Shown here piece after piece: positions 39,766 through 50,654 of a stretch of DNA of 64,000 nt (positions are counted from its first letter, which is position 1; every line of letters starts with the position of its first letter). The stretch is from positions 16,029 through 80,028 of the forward strand of contig DAOWGI010000024.1 in the NCBI GenBank assembly GCA_030637655.1, given 5' to 3'. The position numbers and the translations under genes are program-made. Under the pieces are notes generated by a model. It had not been told where the DNA came from and made no database searches. It saw only the letters and a program-made list of their open reading frames with translations. The stretch comes from a candidate division FCPU426 bacterium. GTDB taxonomy: Bacteria; Oederibacteriota; JAAXVQ01; JAUVAV01.

Positions 39766-40929
39766 GTAGAGACGTTGCACTGCAACGTCTCTTTCAACCG
39801 GTCCGATCACATTGCGGCATTCATTCTTATGACATGTGATTTATCGTTATTTGGTTATTCGGAATACGTCCACAATCATTCATGACCGAAAAAATCCCGT
39901 GGACATCATATGTGATTTTCTGCCATTGAAATAATAATTAAATTATGGTGTCCCGAATGGCACTAACTTAAACATTTTTTTAGGCTTTCCAGTAGGGGCA
40001 CGGCGCGCCGTGCCCCTACATAACATATAGTGTTATCTACCACTGGGCCTGATCGTGATATTTGGGTAATAATATTATGTTACCTTTTGCTGCGGAAAGT
40101 CTGGATTGTGATAAAGGGGCAGTAATGAGCAGGACCGCAGCGCGATCCGCGGTTCAGGTGTGGATGATCTGATCGGGAGTTACTGGTTTGACATAATCAT
40201 GAAAAAGTGACCCAGAAAACCGGTGATCAAGACAATAATTAGGTTTACCACATACCACACGTATTCCCCTTTCATATGTATTTTTGTTAGTGAATATATT
40301 ATATAGAAAACTAATGCCCTAAGTAATAGTGTGCCTGGTATCAATATTAAATTTATCTTGCCAACAAAAAACAGAAATAAGCTAAGCATTCCTGTTGTAT
40401 AAAAAAATAATTCCCAAGCATTACTAAGATCATTATTGAAGTTCCAACTGCTCATATCAAATATTATCATTGCTACTATTGGAGGAATTACTGTTATTAT
40501 GGAATGAATGATTAGTGGTCGGTTTAGTCGCACAGCTTGGGTCCTCTCAGAATTAATTTGCTCTATAACTTAATACTCACATTTAGAACCCTTGCTGCCT
40601 TTTTAATATCTTCTATATTTTCAATAAGTGGTATAGGTTCACCAATTACTTTCAACTTTTCGAAAACCCGTGATATAGGTCATGGGGACGTTGTTCGGTA
40701 ATAGCCAAAAACAAATAACATTTTTAAAAATATCCCAAGGGAAAAAGTATTTCCGCCACCAGCATTTGTAGAGACAAGGCATTGCCTTGTCTCTACAATA
40801 TAATCAACCGGTTTTTCTGCCATATTTACACCCTCAATTAACGTTCATTAATTCTGAATATGGGGACGTTGTTTGGCAATACGATTAGCCGGTGATATTT
40901 GTAGAGACGCCTAATTTGGGCGTCTCTGC
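39766..40929. repeat. Cluster of GTAG-type REP palindromes (39766, 39992, 40768, 40901)
   Basis: For example GTAGGGGCACGGCGCGCCGTGCCCCTAC and GTAGAGACAAGGCATTGCCTTGTCTCTAC. Confidence 0.75.
40180..40533 (-). CDS. AT-rich hypothetical membrane protein
   Basis: About four hydrophobic segments. Confidence 0.5.
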   Translation of the reverse strand: MRLNRPLIIHSIITVIPPIVAMIIFDMSSWNFNNDLSNAWELFFYTTGMLSLFLFFVGKINLILIPGTLLLRALVFYIIYSLTKIHMKGEYVWYVVNLIIVLITGFLGHFFMIMSNQ

Positions 40930-41036
40930 GGTATAATTAACCGAACCACGTCCCGGAATTCGCTTGACCGCTACTCCTTATCCGAACAGGATTGGTGTGT
41001 TTATCTTGCAAAACAAATTCCTATCAGTTTTCTAAA

Positions 41037-41396
41037 TTATTCCACTAACCATTTTTTAGCTTCTTCTAATGAATCAAATGCTTCCAAGCAAGTAGCGGCA
41101 ACCTTTTGTACTGCCTTAAACAGTATTTTTTGAATACCTTCAACCCCAACTACTGCAACTTTTTTTATATAGGGCGAAGTTACAACTGTATTTTTTTTCA
41201 ATGCCAGTATACTCGCAGGGCTAGCGTGTGCATTTGTAATATCAAAAAGAAGCAATAGTTGCCTGTCATTTTGGCTGGTTATATAATTCTCAAATTTGTT
41301 CATTTTATTTATGAATTTTTCAGGTAATAAACCGGATAAATCATTTTCCATTATTTTTTTGCCGTTATATTCCACCCATTTTATTTCATCACACAT
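41037..41396 (-). CDS. STAS/SEC14 (SpoIIAA-like) domain protein, copy 1
   Basis: IKWVEYNGKKI, KKVAVVGV.G, FDSLEEAKKWL; AGGAGG RBS. Confidence 0.75.
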   Translation of the reverse strand: MCDEIKWVEYNGKKIMENDLSGLLPEKFINKMNKFENYITSQNDRQLLLLFDITNAHASPASILALKKNTVVTSPYIKKVAVVGVEGIQKILFKAVQKVAATCLEAFDSLEEAKKWLVE

Positions 41397-41560
41397 TAGC
41401 TCCTCCTTTTTAAAATAAGATATGCGCCTGTCTGACAAACCTCAAAAAGCATTTTTTTCAGCCTATAACCAACGGCCGCGCTGTTCGAGTATGACTTTTC
41501 CTTCTCCGAACAGGATTGGTATGTTTATCTTGCCAAGCAAATTCCTGTCAGTTTTCCAAA

Positions 41561-41920
41561 TTATTCCGCTAACCATTTTTTAGCTTCTTCTACTGAATCA
41601 AATGCTTCCATGGAAGTAGTTGCAACGGCTTGTACTGCCTTAAACAATATTTTTTTAATACCATCAACCCCAACTATTGCAACTTTTTTTATATAGGGCG
41701 AACATACAACTGCATTTTTTTTCAATGCAAGCATACTCGCAGGGCTAAAGTTTGCATTTGTAACATCAAAAAGAATCAATAGTTGTCTGTCATTTTGGCT
41801 GATTATATAATTCTCTAATTTATTCATTTTATTTGTAAATTTTTCTGGTAATAAATCGGATAAATCATTTTCCAATATTTTTTTGCCGTTATATTCCAGC
41901 CATTTTATTTCATCACACAT
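41561..41920 (-). CDS. STAS/SEC14 (SpoIIAA-like) domain protein, copy 2
   Basis: Near-identical 119-aa paralogue of copy 1. Confidence 0.75.
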   Translation of the reverse strand: MCDEIKWLEYNGKKILENDLSDLLPEKFTNKMNKLENYIISQNDRQLLILFDVTNANFSPASMLALKKNAVVCSPYIKKVAIVGVDGIKKILFKAVQAVATTSMEAFDSVEEAKKWLAE

Positions 41921-41973
41921 TAGTTCCTCCTTTTTATTACGGGGACGTTGTTCGGTAATCTTAAATGAATTGG

Positions 41974-42945
41974 TTACTGTCCTTTTCCCGATTGGCTCTG
42001 AGGCTGCGGCCGAATAATAGCCACTTTATGCTTTTGGGGAGCGGCCACGATTAGGGAACCGTCTTTCAGGGCCTGAATGGCGCCTGGATAAAATCCGGTT
42101 TTCACGGTACCTATGACCTTGGCTTTGGCCACATCAATAGCAACTATGCGATAGGACTTTTCGCAAGAAACCCAAAGGGTATTTTTATGCGCAGCCAAAC
42201 GATTGGGTTTTTTATGTACTGGAATACGGGCCCGTTCTTCCCGTTTGCCCACATCCAGCAAAGAGACGTCATGAGATCCAAAATTAGACACACAGGCGGT
42301 ATTGCCGACCAGAATAATATCCCGCGGATATATCCCCACTGGAATGGTGGTTACTTTTTCACCGGTTCCGGCATCAACCATCACCACCGTATTCTCACCT
42401 TTCAGAGTTATCAAGGCCAACTTACCGTCTGCTGTAAAAACAGTATTCTGAGGGTATCGTCCTAACTGTATCTTCTTTTTTAGTTGGATACGCGGTGTCA
42501 CCAAAATGTTCACACCTGACACACCATCACATACCCAGAGTTGATTGGTTCCCGGCCGTATGGCCGCGCCGGCCAAGTTCATACTTCCTGTGCGCAAAGT
42601 ACGTTTCACGCGTAAGGGTTTACCGGCCAAAATTGACAGCGCGCTCTCCAGGGTGTGCAATACGTAGATGCGCTGATTTTTCGGTTCACGCACCAACTGG
42701 GTGGGACCCTTGCCAACCGTATAGGTTTTACTCACTCTTTGTCCGGATAAAGAGATGTCCATGATCTTCCCGCTCCCAAAGCAGGAGACCAGCACATGAT
42801 CTGAGACAAAACTGCGGCTCAGACTGTGCGGCTGACGGCCAACGTCTATGGTTTGAATTTCTACAGGTAAAGTTGGAGTCCTATCTGTGGCACACCCGGC
42901 CAACAGCACCAGGAGCGCTGCGCTGGAGAAAAGTATTTTACGCAT
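41974..42945 (-). CDS. YncE/YVTN beta-propeller lipoprotein
   Basis: LAGC lipobox; repeated I.VG..P motifs. Confidence 0.8.
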   Translation of the reverse strand: MRKILFSSAALLVLLAGCATDRTPTLPVEIQTIDVGRQPHSLSRSFVSDHVLVSCFGSGKIMDISLSGQRVSKTYTVGKGPTQLVREPKNQRIYVLHTLESALSILAGKPLRVKRTLRTGSMNLAGAAIRPGTNQLWVCDGVSGVNILVTPRIQLKKKIQLGRYPQNTVFTADGKLALITLKGENTVVMVDAGTGEKVTTIPVGIYPRDIILVGNTACVSNFGSHDVSLLDVGKREERARIPVHKKPNRLAAHKNTLWVSCEKSYRIVAIDVAKAKVIGTVKTGFYPGAIQALKDGSLIVAAPQKHKVAIIRPQPQSQSGKGQ

Positions 42946-42961
42946 GGTTAGGATCCGCAAC

Positions 42962-43327
42962 CTAGACTTGCGCAAAAGCAGCTATGGCTTCTTCTTCGGT
43001 CAAAAAGGCTGAAATCAGATTCGAAAAAGCCAGCATGTTGAACACGTTACGGACTTCCTGGCTCATGGCCATCAGTTTAATATCACCTTCGTGTTCCCGC
43101 GTTTTCTGAAGCAGACTGATAAACAGACCCCACCCGGCTGAAGAAACATAGGGCACTTCCGCCAGATTGATCACCAGCTTATATTTCTCTTCCCGCAAAA
43201 GGGCGGACAGATGTTCATCCAGCAGGAGCGTGGTTCCGGTATCAACAACTCCGGCAACGTCCACGATGGTGATTCCTTTTTGGTCTTGTTTACGAACTTC
43301 AATGGTGATGGATCCGTCTCTACGCAT
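42962..43327 (-). CDS. Anti-sigma factor antagonist (STAS)
   Basis: VINLAEVPYVSSAGWG. Confidence 0.88.
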   Translation of the reverse strand: MRRDGSITIEVRKQDQKGITIVDVAGVVDTGTTLLLDEHLSALLREEKYKLVINLAEVPYVSSAGWGLFISLLQKTREHEGDIKLMAMSQEVRNVFNMLAFSNLISAFLTEEEAIAAFAQV

Positions 43328-43357
43328 GGATCAAGTCCTCCTTCTTTATTTCCGGAC

Positions 43358-44887
43358 TTACTCCACCTTCATGGTAACCACAGCAATGTCATCGTTTTGA
43401 TGCATGCTCCCGCAAAAGTGGTTGATGTCTTTATCCAGCCCCTGAATAATGCTTTCGGCGTTTTGGGGCTTTTCTTTAGTATGTTTTTCAATCGATGCCT
43501 GCAATCCCCGCAAACCGAATTCTTCCCGATTCGCGTTCATTGCCTCGCTGACTCCGTCAGTGTATAAAATAACTACATCTCCCTTTTGGAGGCTGACCTT
43601 CTTTTCTTTCACCAAACTCTCGAACATACCTGAACCATCAATGCCCAAGGGCAGACACGGTGGTGTCATATCGAGCACTATACACTCATTGGTTGTGGAT
43701 CTATATATCAAGGCCGGATTGTGTCCGGCAGAAGTATACAACAGCGTTTTCTTTTTCACATCCACTACCGCGTAAAACATGGTAATAAATAACCCGTGGC
43801 TAAAATCCGTAAGCAGCACCCGGTTCAATTCGCGAATGACGTCCCTGGGAGAATTTTGATTGGGTGCGATACTCTTTAATATACTGCGTGCCACACTCAT
43901 CAAGAGCCCGGCTGGAACACCCTTGCCGCATACATCGGCTACTGCGATTCCCAGCCGATCATCCCCTACCTGAAAAAAATCATAATAATCACCGCCGATT
44001 TCTTTGGCCGCGCGATACAAGGATCCAAAAGAAAACCCTTTAATTTCCGGCACCTGCTTGGGCAACAGCATCTGCTGAATTTGTTGTGCCACTTGCAGCT
44101 CTTTTTTAATGCGTTCTTGCTCCAAAGCCTGTTCTGTGGCTACTTTCAGCTCCCGTGTCATGTGGTTAAACGTCACAGCCAGCTGTCCCAACTCGTTTCG
44201 GCGCATGGTGGGAATTTGATAATCCAGATTACCGCTACCAATCGCTTCCGCACCTTTGGTCAATTCCGAAACCGGCCGTAGCATCAAAGTAACCAAGATA
44301 ACCGAGCCGACCAGACCGGCCAGCATAAAAAAACCGGACAAGCCAATGGCGCGCTGCCAAGCCTCTTTGACAACTTTGTTAATCGTTGTCCGGGAAATAC
44401 CCAAATGCACTTCCCCAATTTTGGCTTTGTCTTCAATAATCAACGGCATACCGATGTCAATCACCCAGCCTGCTTGAGGATGCAACCAGGTATGAGTCCG
44501 GGGACTAGAGCGATCCAAAGGATACGACTCCGGCGGACGCTGGTACGCTTTTCCAATAAGCTCGGAGCGGTCTGAGGCAACCACACGACCGTTCCGATTG
44601 ACAAGCACGGCGTACACCATATCCTCGTTTTTCATGACATCAGCAACTAATGTCGCTAAAGTTAATTTGTCATTGGTCAGAAAAGAATCAACACTGTGAA
44701 TTGCTACGTACTGGGTTAAGGCAACACCCCGGCGCGTTACTTCCCGGGTCAAGGCGTCCTTTTCTGAGCGCAACATAAACCAAGCCAAGGTCCCGCTGGT
44801 AACCAGCAAGAGCAGGATGACCCAGATGGAAAATTCCATCTTAACACTGGATTTTTTTCCTGACCAGCTTTTTTTGTTTTCTGTCAC
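43358..44887 (-). CDS. Membrane SpoIIE/RsbU-type PP2C phosphatase with HAMP domain
   Basis: Two TM segments, HAMP, IGGDYYD, ADVCGKG, YTDGVSEA, DDIAVV. Confidence 0.92.
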   Translation of the reverse strand: MTENKKSWSGKKSSVKMEFSIWVILLLLVTSGTLAWFMLRSEKDALTREVTRRGVALTQYVAIHSVDSFLTNDKLTLATLVADVMKNEDMVYAVLVNRNGRVVASDRSELIGKAYQRPPESYPLDRSSPRTHTWLHPQAGWVIDIGMPLIIEDKAKIGEVHLGISRTTINKVVKEAWQRAIGLSGFFMLAGLVGSVILVTLMLRPVSELTKGAEAIGSGNLDYQIPTMRRNELGQLAVTFNHMTRELKVATEQALEQERIKKELQVAQQIQQMLLPKQVPEIKGFSFGSLYRAAKEIGGDYYDFFQVGDDRLGIAVADVCGKGVPAGLLMSVARSILKSIAPNQNSPRDVIRELNRVLLTDFSHGLFITMFYAVVDVKKKTLLYTSAGHNPALIYRSTTNECIVLDMTPPCLPLGIDGSGMFESLVKEKKVSLQKGDVVILYTDGVSEAMNANREEFGLRGLQASIEKHTKEKPQNAESIIQGLDKDINHFCGSMHQNDDIAVVTMKVE

Positions 44888-44960
44888 TGTACTGCCCCCC
44901 GTTGATTATACAATATTTTATCCGTATTGCAATTCACCAAACAGGTGCTCTCCAAGTATT

Positions 44961-46388
44961 TTAAGGAGTCAAGAACAAAACAACCACCTCTCGGGCCAAG
45001 TCCACAATGGGGCTGGGATAGACTCCCAGGGCGAGAATCCCAAAGGTCGTGACCACCAAAACAATAGTCAAGGCCAAGGGGACTGTAACCGGCTGTACTG
45101 CGTCAGCAGCCGGCTTTTGAATGTAAATGGCGCGAATGACCTTGAGATAATAATACAACGAAAGCGCAGAATTCAGAACCGCCAAGACCACTAACCAGAT
45201 ATAGCCTTCACTGTACACTGCCGCGAACAAATAAAACTTCGCTGCAAATCCTGCCAAGGGGGGGATGCCGGCTAAGGATAGCAATGCCAATAGCATAATT
45301 AACGCCAGACGAGGAGAACGCATAGCCAGACCATGGTAAGCGCTCAGTTCGACGGATCGGCTGCTTCTCTCCACAGCAATGACTACACCAAAAGCCGCCA
45401 AATTGGCAAATAAATACGCAGTTAAATAATACAGTATGGACGAGAGCCCGAGCACTTGAAACGCAACTAAGCCCATAACGATATATCCGGCTTGGGCAAT
45501 AGACGAATAGGCCAGCAAGCGTTTCATGTTAGTTTGCGGAATAGCGGCAAAATTCCCCAAGCACATGGTGACTGCTGCTAAGACAGCAAAAATACGGCTC
45601 CACTCAGACACTTGGACTGGAAATCCGGTTGCCAGTATGCGGATCGCCAGCACAAAACCCGCGGTTTTGCCGGCCACGGACAGAAATGCTGTGATGGCTG
45701 TGGGCGCGCCTTCATAGGCATCCGGTACCCACATATGAAAAGGGACTAGCGCCATTTTAAAGCCCAGCCCTGCCAGGATACAAAGCAACCCCATCAGTAC
45801 CAGCGGAGTATTTCCAGTCTGAATTAAGGCCGGCACTAAAGCCTGCAATTGGGTGGTACCCGCAGCAGCATAAATTAAGGAAAAACCGAACAGTAAAACA
45901 GCAGCTCCCAAAGCAGCCAAAACCAAAAATTTCAGTCCACCTTCCGCTGATTTTTTATCTGCCGGGCAATAGGCTGTGAGCAGAACAAGCGGAAAGGTTG
46001 TCAATTCCAGACCAATGTAAAGCAATATCATTTCGGTCCCTGAGGCCAGAAAGAGTATGCCCAGACCGGAAGAGAGCAACAAGACCAAATACTCGCCCAG
46101 GGGACGACCCCACACTTTATCAAAATCCCAAGAGAATAAAACCACCAACAACAATGCCAGCAAGACAATGCTTTTAATGAACCGGGCCAGACCATCATTG
46201 AGAAACGCTTCGCCAAATGCTCCACTGGGTACAATCCACAAGCAGATTACAGTGAGCAGAATTCCCACCAGTGACAACACTCCTAACCACAACCGCTGAC
46301 AAGAAGTGCTGATTAAATCCACGATCAACACCAACATTATGGTAAAAGCTAAAATAATTTCAGGAAGTAAAATAAACCAATTACTCAT
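44961..46388 (-). CDS. nuoN: NADH-quinone oxidoreductase subunit N
   Basis: FKMALVPFHMWVPDAYEGAPT, KRLLAYSSIAQAGY. Confidence 0.95.
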   Translation of the reverse strand: MSNWFILLPEIILAFTIMLVLIVDLISTSCQRLWLGVLSLVGILLTVICLWIVPSGAFGEAFLNDGLARFIKSIVLLALLLVVLFSWDFDKVWGRPLGEYLVLLLSSGLGILFLASGTEMILLYIGLELTTFPLVLLTAYCPADKKSAEGGLKFLVLAALGAAVLLFGFSLIYAAAGTTQLQALVPALIQTGNTPLVLMGLLCILAGLGFKMALVPFHMWVPDAYEGAPTAITAFLSVAGKTAGFVLAIRILATGFPVQVSEWSRIFAVLAAVTMCLGNFAAIPQTNMKRLLAYSSIAQAGYIVMGLVAFQVLGLSSILYYLTAYLFANLAAFGVVIAVERSSRSVELSAYHGLAMRSPRLALIMLLALLSLAGIPPLAGFAAKFYLFAAVYSEGYIWLVVLAVLNSALSLYYYLKVIRAIYIQKPAADAVQPVTVPLALTIVLVVTTFGILALGVYPSPIVDLAREVVVLFLTP

Positions 46389-47845
46389 GAAAGTGCCCCC
46401 CAGAGTGCGCAGAGCGGCTCAATGCTAAGATTAATGATTTTCACTAAACTATTGGGATAAATACCCACGCCCAACAGCACTAACATTAAAATCGCCAGAC
46501 AAGTTTTTTCAATTAAATTGGCATCGCGTATGGCTTCGAATTGCTCTTTGGCAGGTCCGAAAAATATTTTTTGTACCACCCGGAGCACATAGATTGCGGT
46601 AAATAAAATGCCGGTTACAGCAATGGCTGCCGGCAGCGGATAGACTTTAAAGGCCCCCAAGAAGACCAGCAATTCCGCTACAAATCCGGAAAATCCGGGC
46701 AAGCCCAAAGAAACCAAAGCGCCAACCATAAAAGCCATCGCCAAAAATGGCATCTGTTTGGCCAATCCGCCCATGTCCGGAATAATCCGGGTATGCGTCC
46801 GGCCATATACCATCCCCACTAAGGCAAAGAAAAGCCCGGTCATTATCCCGTGTGAAAACATCTGCAGAACAGCGCCGTTTAAGGCAATGGGATGGAGCGT
46901 ACAAATACCCAATAACACAATGCCCATGTGTGAGACTGAGGAATAGGCAATCACGTATTTCAGGTCTGTTTGTGCCATGGCCACCAAAGCGCCGTACACA
47001 ATGTTCACCAAAGTAAAAATAACCAAGTACGGCGCCCAGACCTGCGCGCCCACGGGTAATAATTCCAAACCAATACGTATAATACCAAAGGCGCCTAATT
47101 TCATAAGCACACCGGCGTGCAGCATAGAAACCGCGGTCGGCGCGGACGCGTGTCCGTCCGGAGACCAGGTATGAAACGGCCAAAAACCTGCCAGCGTACC
47201 AAATCCCAGGAATAAAATCGGAAAAAATATAATCTGGAAAGTTTTGCTAAATGTTTTTTCCGCAATCACCGCCAGCTGAAAACTATGTGTGTCACCGTTG
47301 AAAAAGAGCGCCAGAATACCAACCAGCAGCAGCGCACTGCCGGCCATCAAGTAAAGGGTTAATTTCATGGCCGAATATTCTTTTTTGCCGGTTCCCCAGA
47401 TGCCGATCAGCAGGTACATAGGCAGTACGGCCAATTCGTAAAATAAAAAAAAGAAAAATAAATCCCGCGCCATAAATACGCCAAAAACACCGGTCACCAA
47501 CACCAGCAAGAGCGCAAAAAATTCTTGCGAACGGTCCAGCATATCCCAGGATGCCAATACTCCGGCAAAAATAATAATGGCGGTCAATACCACCATGGCC
47601 AGTCCCATACCGTCCACAGCCACAGCATACTGGATGCCCAAGGCGGAGAGGAACGGCCAGGTTTCCGGAAACTGATAACCAACAGTCGAGGTGTCAAACC
47701 GGAAATATAAAATAGCGGTCAGAACCAAGGTCAGAAAGGTTCCTGCCAGTGCCACCCAGCGCGGCCAGATGGTTCTCTCACGTGGCAAAAACATGATCAC
47801 CACAGCGGCGACCATCGGTGTTGCTAAGATAATACTCAAAAACAT
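46385..47845 (-). CDS. nuoM: NADH-quinone oxidoreductase subunit M
   Basis: PFHTWSPDGHASAPT, IAYSSVSHMG. Confidence 0.95.
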   Translation of the reverse strand: MFLSIILATPMVAAVVIMFLPRERTIWPRWVALAGTFLTLVLTAILYFRFDTSTVGYQFPETWPFLSALGIQYAVAVDGMGLAMVVLTAIIIFAGVLASWDMLDRSQEFFALLLVLVTGVFGVFMARDLFFFFLFYELAVLPMYLLIGIWGTGKKEYSAMKLTLYLMAGSALLLVGILALFFNGDTHSFQLAVIAEKTFSKTFQIIFFPILFLGFGTLAGFWPFHTWSPDGHASAPTAVSMLHAGVLMKLGAFGIIRIGLELLPVGAQVWAPYLVIFTLVNIVYGALVAMAQTDLKYVIAYSSVSHMGIVLLGICTLHPIALNGAVLQMFSHGIMTGLFFALVGMVYGRTHTRIIPDMGGLAKQMPFLAMAFMVGALVSLGLPGFSGFVAELLVFLGAFKVYPLPAAIAVTGILFTAIYVLRVVQKIFFGPAKEQFEAIRDANLIEKTCLAILMLVLLGVGIYPNSLVKIINLSIEPLCALWGALS

Positions 47846-47922
47846 ACACTAGCTCCATTACATCTGGGACACAGGTTGTGTCCCGATTTTCTTTGGAACA
47901 CAACCTGTGTCCCAGGGCTGCT

Positions 47923-49791
47923 TTACGGAATTATGGCCATCACATCCGGGTGGGTAACCAGCAAGCTCACGGCCAAAACGATCAACCCCAACACAAAAGC
48001 AAAGATATAGGCTTGCAAACGCCCCACCTGCAATCGCCGTATGCCGGCGCCCATACGGCGACACAACCAGGCAACTCCATTGACTGCTCCGTCCACGACC
48101 TGCCGATCAAACCAAGCCAGACCAGCGGAAACAACCAGCATAACGTAGCGAACAAAAAACAGGTAAATTTCATCGATAAAGTATTTATGCTTCAAGAGTT
48201 TGTATAGCAATGAAAATTTTCTGGTCAACAACGTCGCGGAAATAGCTTTCTGGAAATATACCAAGTAGGCCCAGCCAAAACCAAACAACACTGCCAAAAA
48301 AGCAAACATGGGAACCAAACGGTTATGCTGATGAAGAATCTCCCGGTTGGCACCCAGCGAAGCAACGATAAAATGCTCAAACCTAGCGGCAAAAAATCCC
48401 AGGCCCAGGGATAAAATCGCCAAGGTCATTAATGGCATAGTCATCACAGCCGGAGATTCATGACCAGGCTGCGTACTGTTCGGTTTGCCGGTAAACACCA
48501 CAAAAAACAGACGAAAAATATAGAAGCTGGTCAACAAAGCAGTAAAAATACCCAACACCAGCAAATCCATTCTCCCGGCATCCAGAGCCGCAAACAAAAT
48601 AGCATCCTTGCTAAAAAAACCGGAAAAAGGAAACACGCCGGCCAGCGCCACAGCAGCTATAAGCATTGTGGTTCCGGTGATACCCATACGTTTAATGAGC
48701 CCGCCCATTTCCCAAATATTATTGGTATGCACCGCATGAATCACTGAACCGGCAGCTAAAAACAACAGCGCTTTAAAAGCCGCGTGAGTCATTAAATGAA
48801 AAACACCGGCAAAATAACCGCCACAGCCCAGGGCCATCATCATATACCCTAGCTGTGACACTGTGGAATAGGCCAGGATACGCTTGATATCATCTTGTAC
48901 ACACGCGATGGTAGCAGCAAATATGGCTGTGAATCCACCCACATAAGCTACTACCAGCATGGCTGTATCCGAGGCCGTAAAAACCGGAAAAACCCGAGCC
49001 ACTAGAAACACCCCGGCGGCAACCATGGTTGCCGCATGAATTAAAGCAGAAACCGGAGTGGGACCCTCCATGGCATCCGGCAGCCAAATATGCAAAGGAA
49101 ATTGCGCGCTCTTCCCAACTGCTCCGGCAAAGATAAGCAAAGCGACACAGGTTCCCAGACCACCGGTGAGTTTACCGGTTTGGGCGGCTGTCCCCACTTC
49201 AATAATATTGAACGTGTTAAGAAAATAACCCAGCACTAATATTCCAATTAAAAAACCCAAGTCACCAAAACGGGTAACCACAAAGGCTTTTTTCCCGGCG
49301 TTGGCAGCTTCCGGTTTGTGGTACCAGAAGCCGATCAATAAATACGAAGAGAGTCCGACCAGTTCCCAAAACATATATACCATAACTAAATTATTGGCCA
49401 GTACCAATCCCAACATGGAGAAGGTAAATAAGGAGATAAAGGCAAAGTAACGCGCTTTGCCCTCGTCCTCTGCCATATAGCCCATGGAATAAATCTGTAC
49501 CATCAACGAGACAAAAGTAACTACCACGAGCATGATCACGGTGAGTGGGTCAATCAGCATTCCCACTTCCAGGGTTAGATTACCGGCAGATTTCAGCCAT
49601 ACCCACGAGACCTCTTTGGCTGCCGGATTGACCAAAAAGGCGGCAAAGAACTTTAGGGAAATAATCAACGAGAAAAAAATCGCGCCTGCTGAGATACTGC
49701 CGGCCAAGCGATCTCCTCGTTTTCCCGCCAGTGCCACTATGACAGCTGCAGCCAAGGGCAAAACCGGAATGATCCAAGCATGATTGATCAC
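47923..49791 (-). CDS. nuoL: NADH-quinone oxidoreductase subunit L
   Basis: GKSAQFPLHIWLPDAMEGPTPVSALIHAATMV. Confidence 0.96.
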   Translation of the reverse strand: MINHAWIIPVLPLAAAVIVALAGKRGDRLAGSISAGAIFFSLIISLKFFAAFLVNPAAKEVSWVWLKSAGNLTLEVGMLIDPLTVIMLVVVTFVSLMVQIYSMGYMAEDEGKARYFAFISLFTFSMLGLVLANNLVMVYMFWELVGLSSYLLIGFWYHKPEAANAGKKAFVVTRFGDLGFLIGILVLGYFLNTFNIIEVGTAAQTGKLTGGLGTCVALLIFAGAVGKSAQFPLHIWLPDAMEGPTPVSALIHAATMVAAGVFLVARVFPVFTASDTAMLVVAYVGGFTAIFAATIACVQDDIKRILAYSTVSQLGYMMMALGCGGYFAGVFHLMTHAAFKALLFLAAGSVIHAVHTNNIWEMGGLIKRMGITGTTMLIAAVALAGVFPFSGFFSKDAILFAALDAGRMDLLVLGIFTALLTSFYIFRLFFVVFTGKPNSTQPGHESPAVMTMPLMTLAILSLGLGFFAARFEHFIVASLGANREILHQHNRLVPMFAFLAVLFGFGWAYLVYFQKAISATLLTRKFSLLYKLLKHKYFIDEIYLFFVRYVMLVVSAGLAWFDRQVVDGAVNGVAWLCRRMGAGIRRLQVGRLQAYIFAFVLGLIVLAVSLLVTHPDVMAIIP

Positions 49792-49848
49792 GAAAATGAC
49801 TCCTTAAAATCAGAATTCAGTATTCTGACTACTGAATTCTGAACTTCA

Positions 49849-50154
49849 TTATCCTTTCAAAATCGTTAAACGATCAAGATCCACATCTTTTTGATTACGG
49901 TAGATGGCGATGACCAATGCCAAACCCACAGCCGCTTCTGCGGCAGCCACGGTAATCACAAAAATAGCAAAAATCTGTCCGCCGGCATCACCTAAAAAGC
50001 GGGTGCCGGCTGTGAAATTCAGGGCCACAGCCAGCATAATCAATTCAATGGCCAGCAATAAGGCCACAGCATTGCGTCTGGTAAAAACACCATACATGCT
50101 GATGGCAAACAGGATACAGCCAATCACTAAATAATGTGTCAAGGTAATCATCAT
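49849..50154 (-). CDS. nuoK: NADH-quinone oxidoreductase subunit K
   Basis: IELIMLAV, VAAAEAAVGLA. Confidence 0.95.
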   Translation of the reverse strand: MMITLTHYLVIGCILFAISMYGVFTRRNAVALLLAIELIMLAVALNFTAGTRFLGDAGGQIFAIFVITVAAAEAAVGLALVIAIYRNQKDVDLDRLTILKG

Positions 50155-50160
50155 GGTGAA

Positions 50161-50652
50161 TTAATCCTCCTTACCACGGGCTATAACAATCGCGCCAATG
50201 AGTGCTGCCAGCAAGAGTACAGAGACCAATTCAAACGGCAAAACATATTTAGTAAGCAATAAGGTGCCGATCTGTTTTACTGATAGTTCAGCCACAGTAC
50301 GTGCCTGGGCAATCGGTTGTATTAAAACCACCCCGAGCAGCAAGAACAGCAAACCCAGCGAGGTCACAGCACCCAGACCTTTCAATTCATTGCTGGTCGG
50401 TAGCTTGGGATGATCAAAATGACCGGTCAGCATTACCGCAAAAACTCCAATCACCACCACCGCCCCGATATACACTAGAATGAGAACAAAGGCTAAAAAC
50501 TCCGCAGACAAGGTCAACATCAAACCAGCCACTGCCATACTCGCCACTGCCAAAGCCAGTACTGCATGCAGCAGATTCCGGCTAAGCACCAGGAATAATC
50601 CGGCTACCACTGCCAGCACGCTTAATAGATAAAATCCAATCATGGTTAACAT
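50161..50652 (-). CDS. nuoJ: NADH-quinone oxidoreductase subunit J
   Basis: AEFLA..ILVYIGAV, LPFELVSVLLLAALIGA. Confidence 0.93.
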   Translation of the reverse strand: MLTMIGFYLLSVLAVVAGLFLVLSRNLLHAVLALAVASMAVAGLMLTLSAEFLAFVLILVYIGAVVVIGVFAVMLTGHFDHPKLPTSNELKGLGAVTSLGLLFLLLGVVLIQPIAQARTVAELSVKQIGTLLLTKYVLPFELVSVLLLAALIGAIVIARGKED

Positions 50653-50654
50653 GT

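Noticed and set aside
39800-39935. RAYT transposase remnant
   Set aside because: Only a faint FQWQ-like trace next to REPs; too degenerate to call
38826-41959. CRISPR array
   Set aside because: Repeats are 19 bp and irregularly spaced by hundreds of bases; no cas genes
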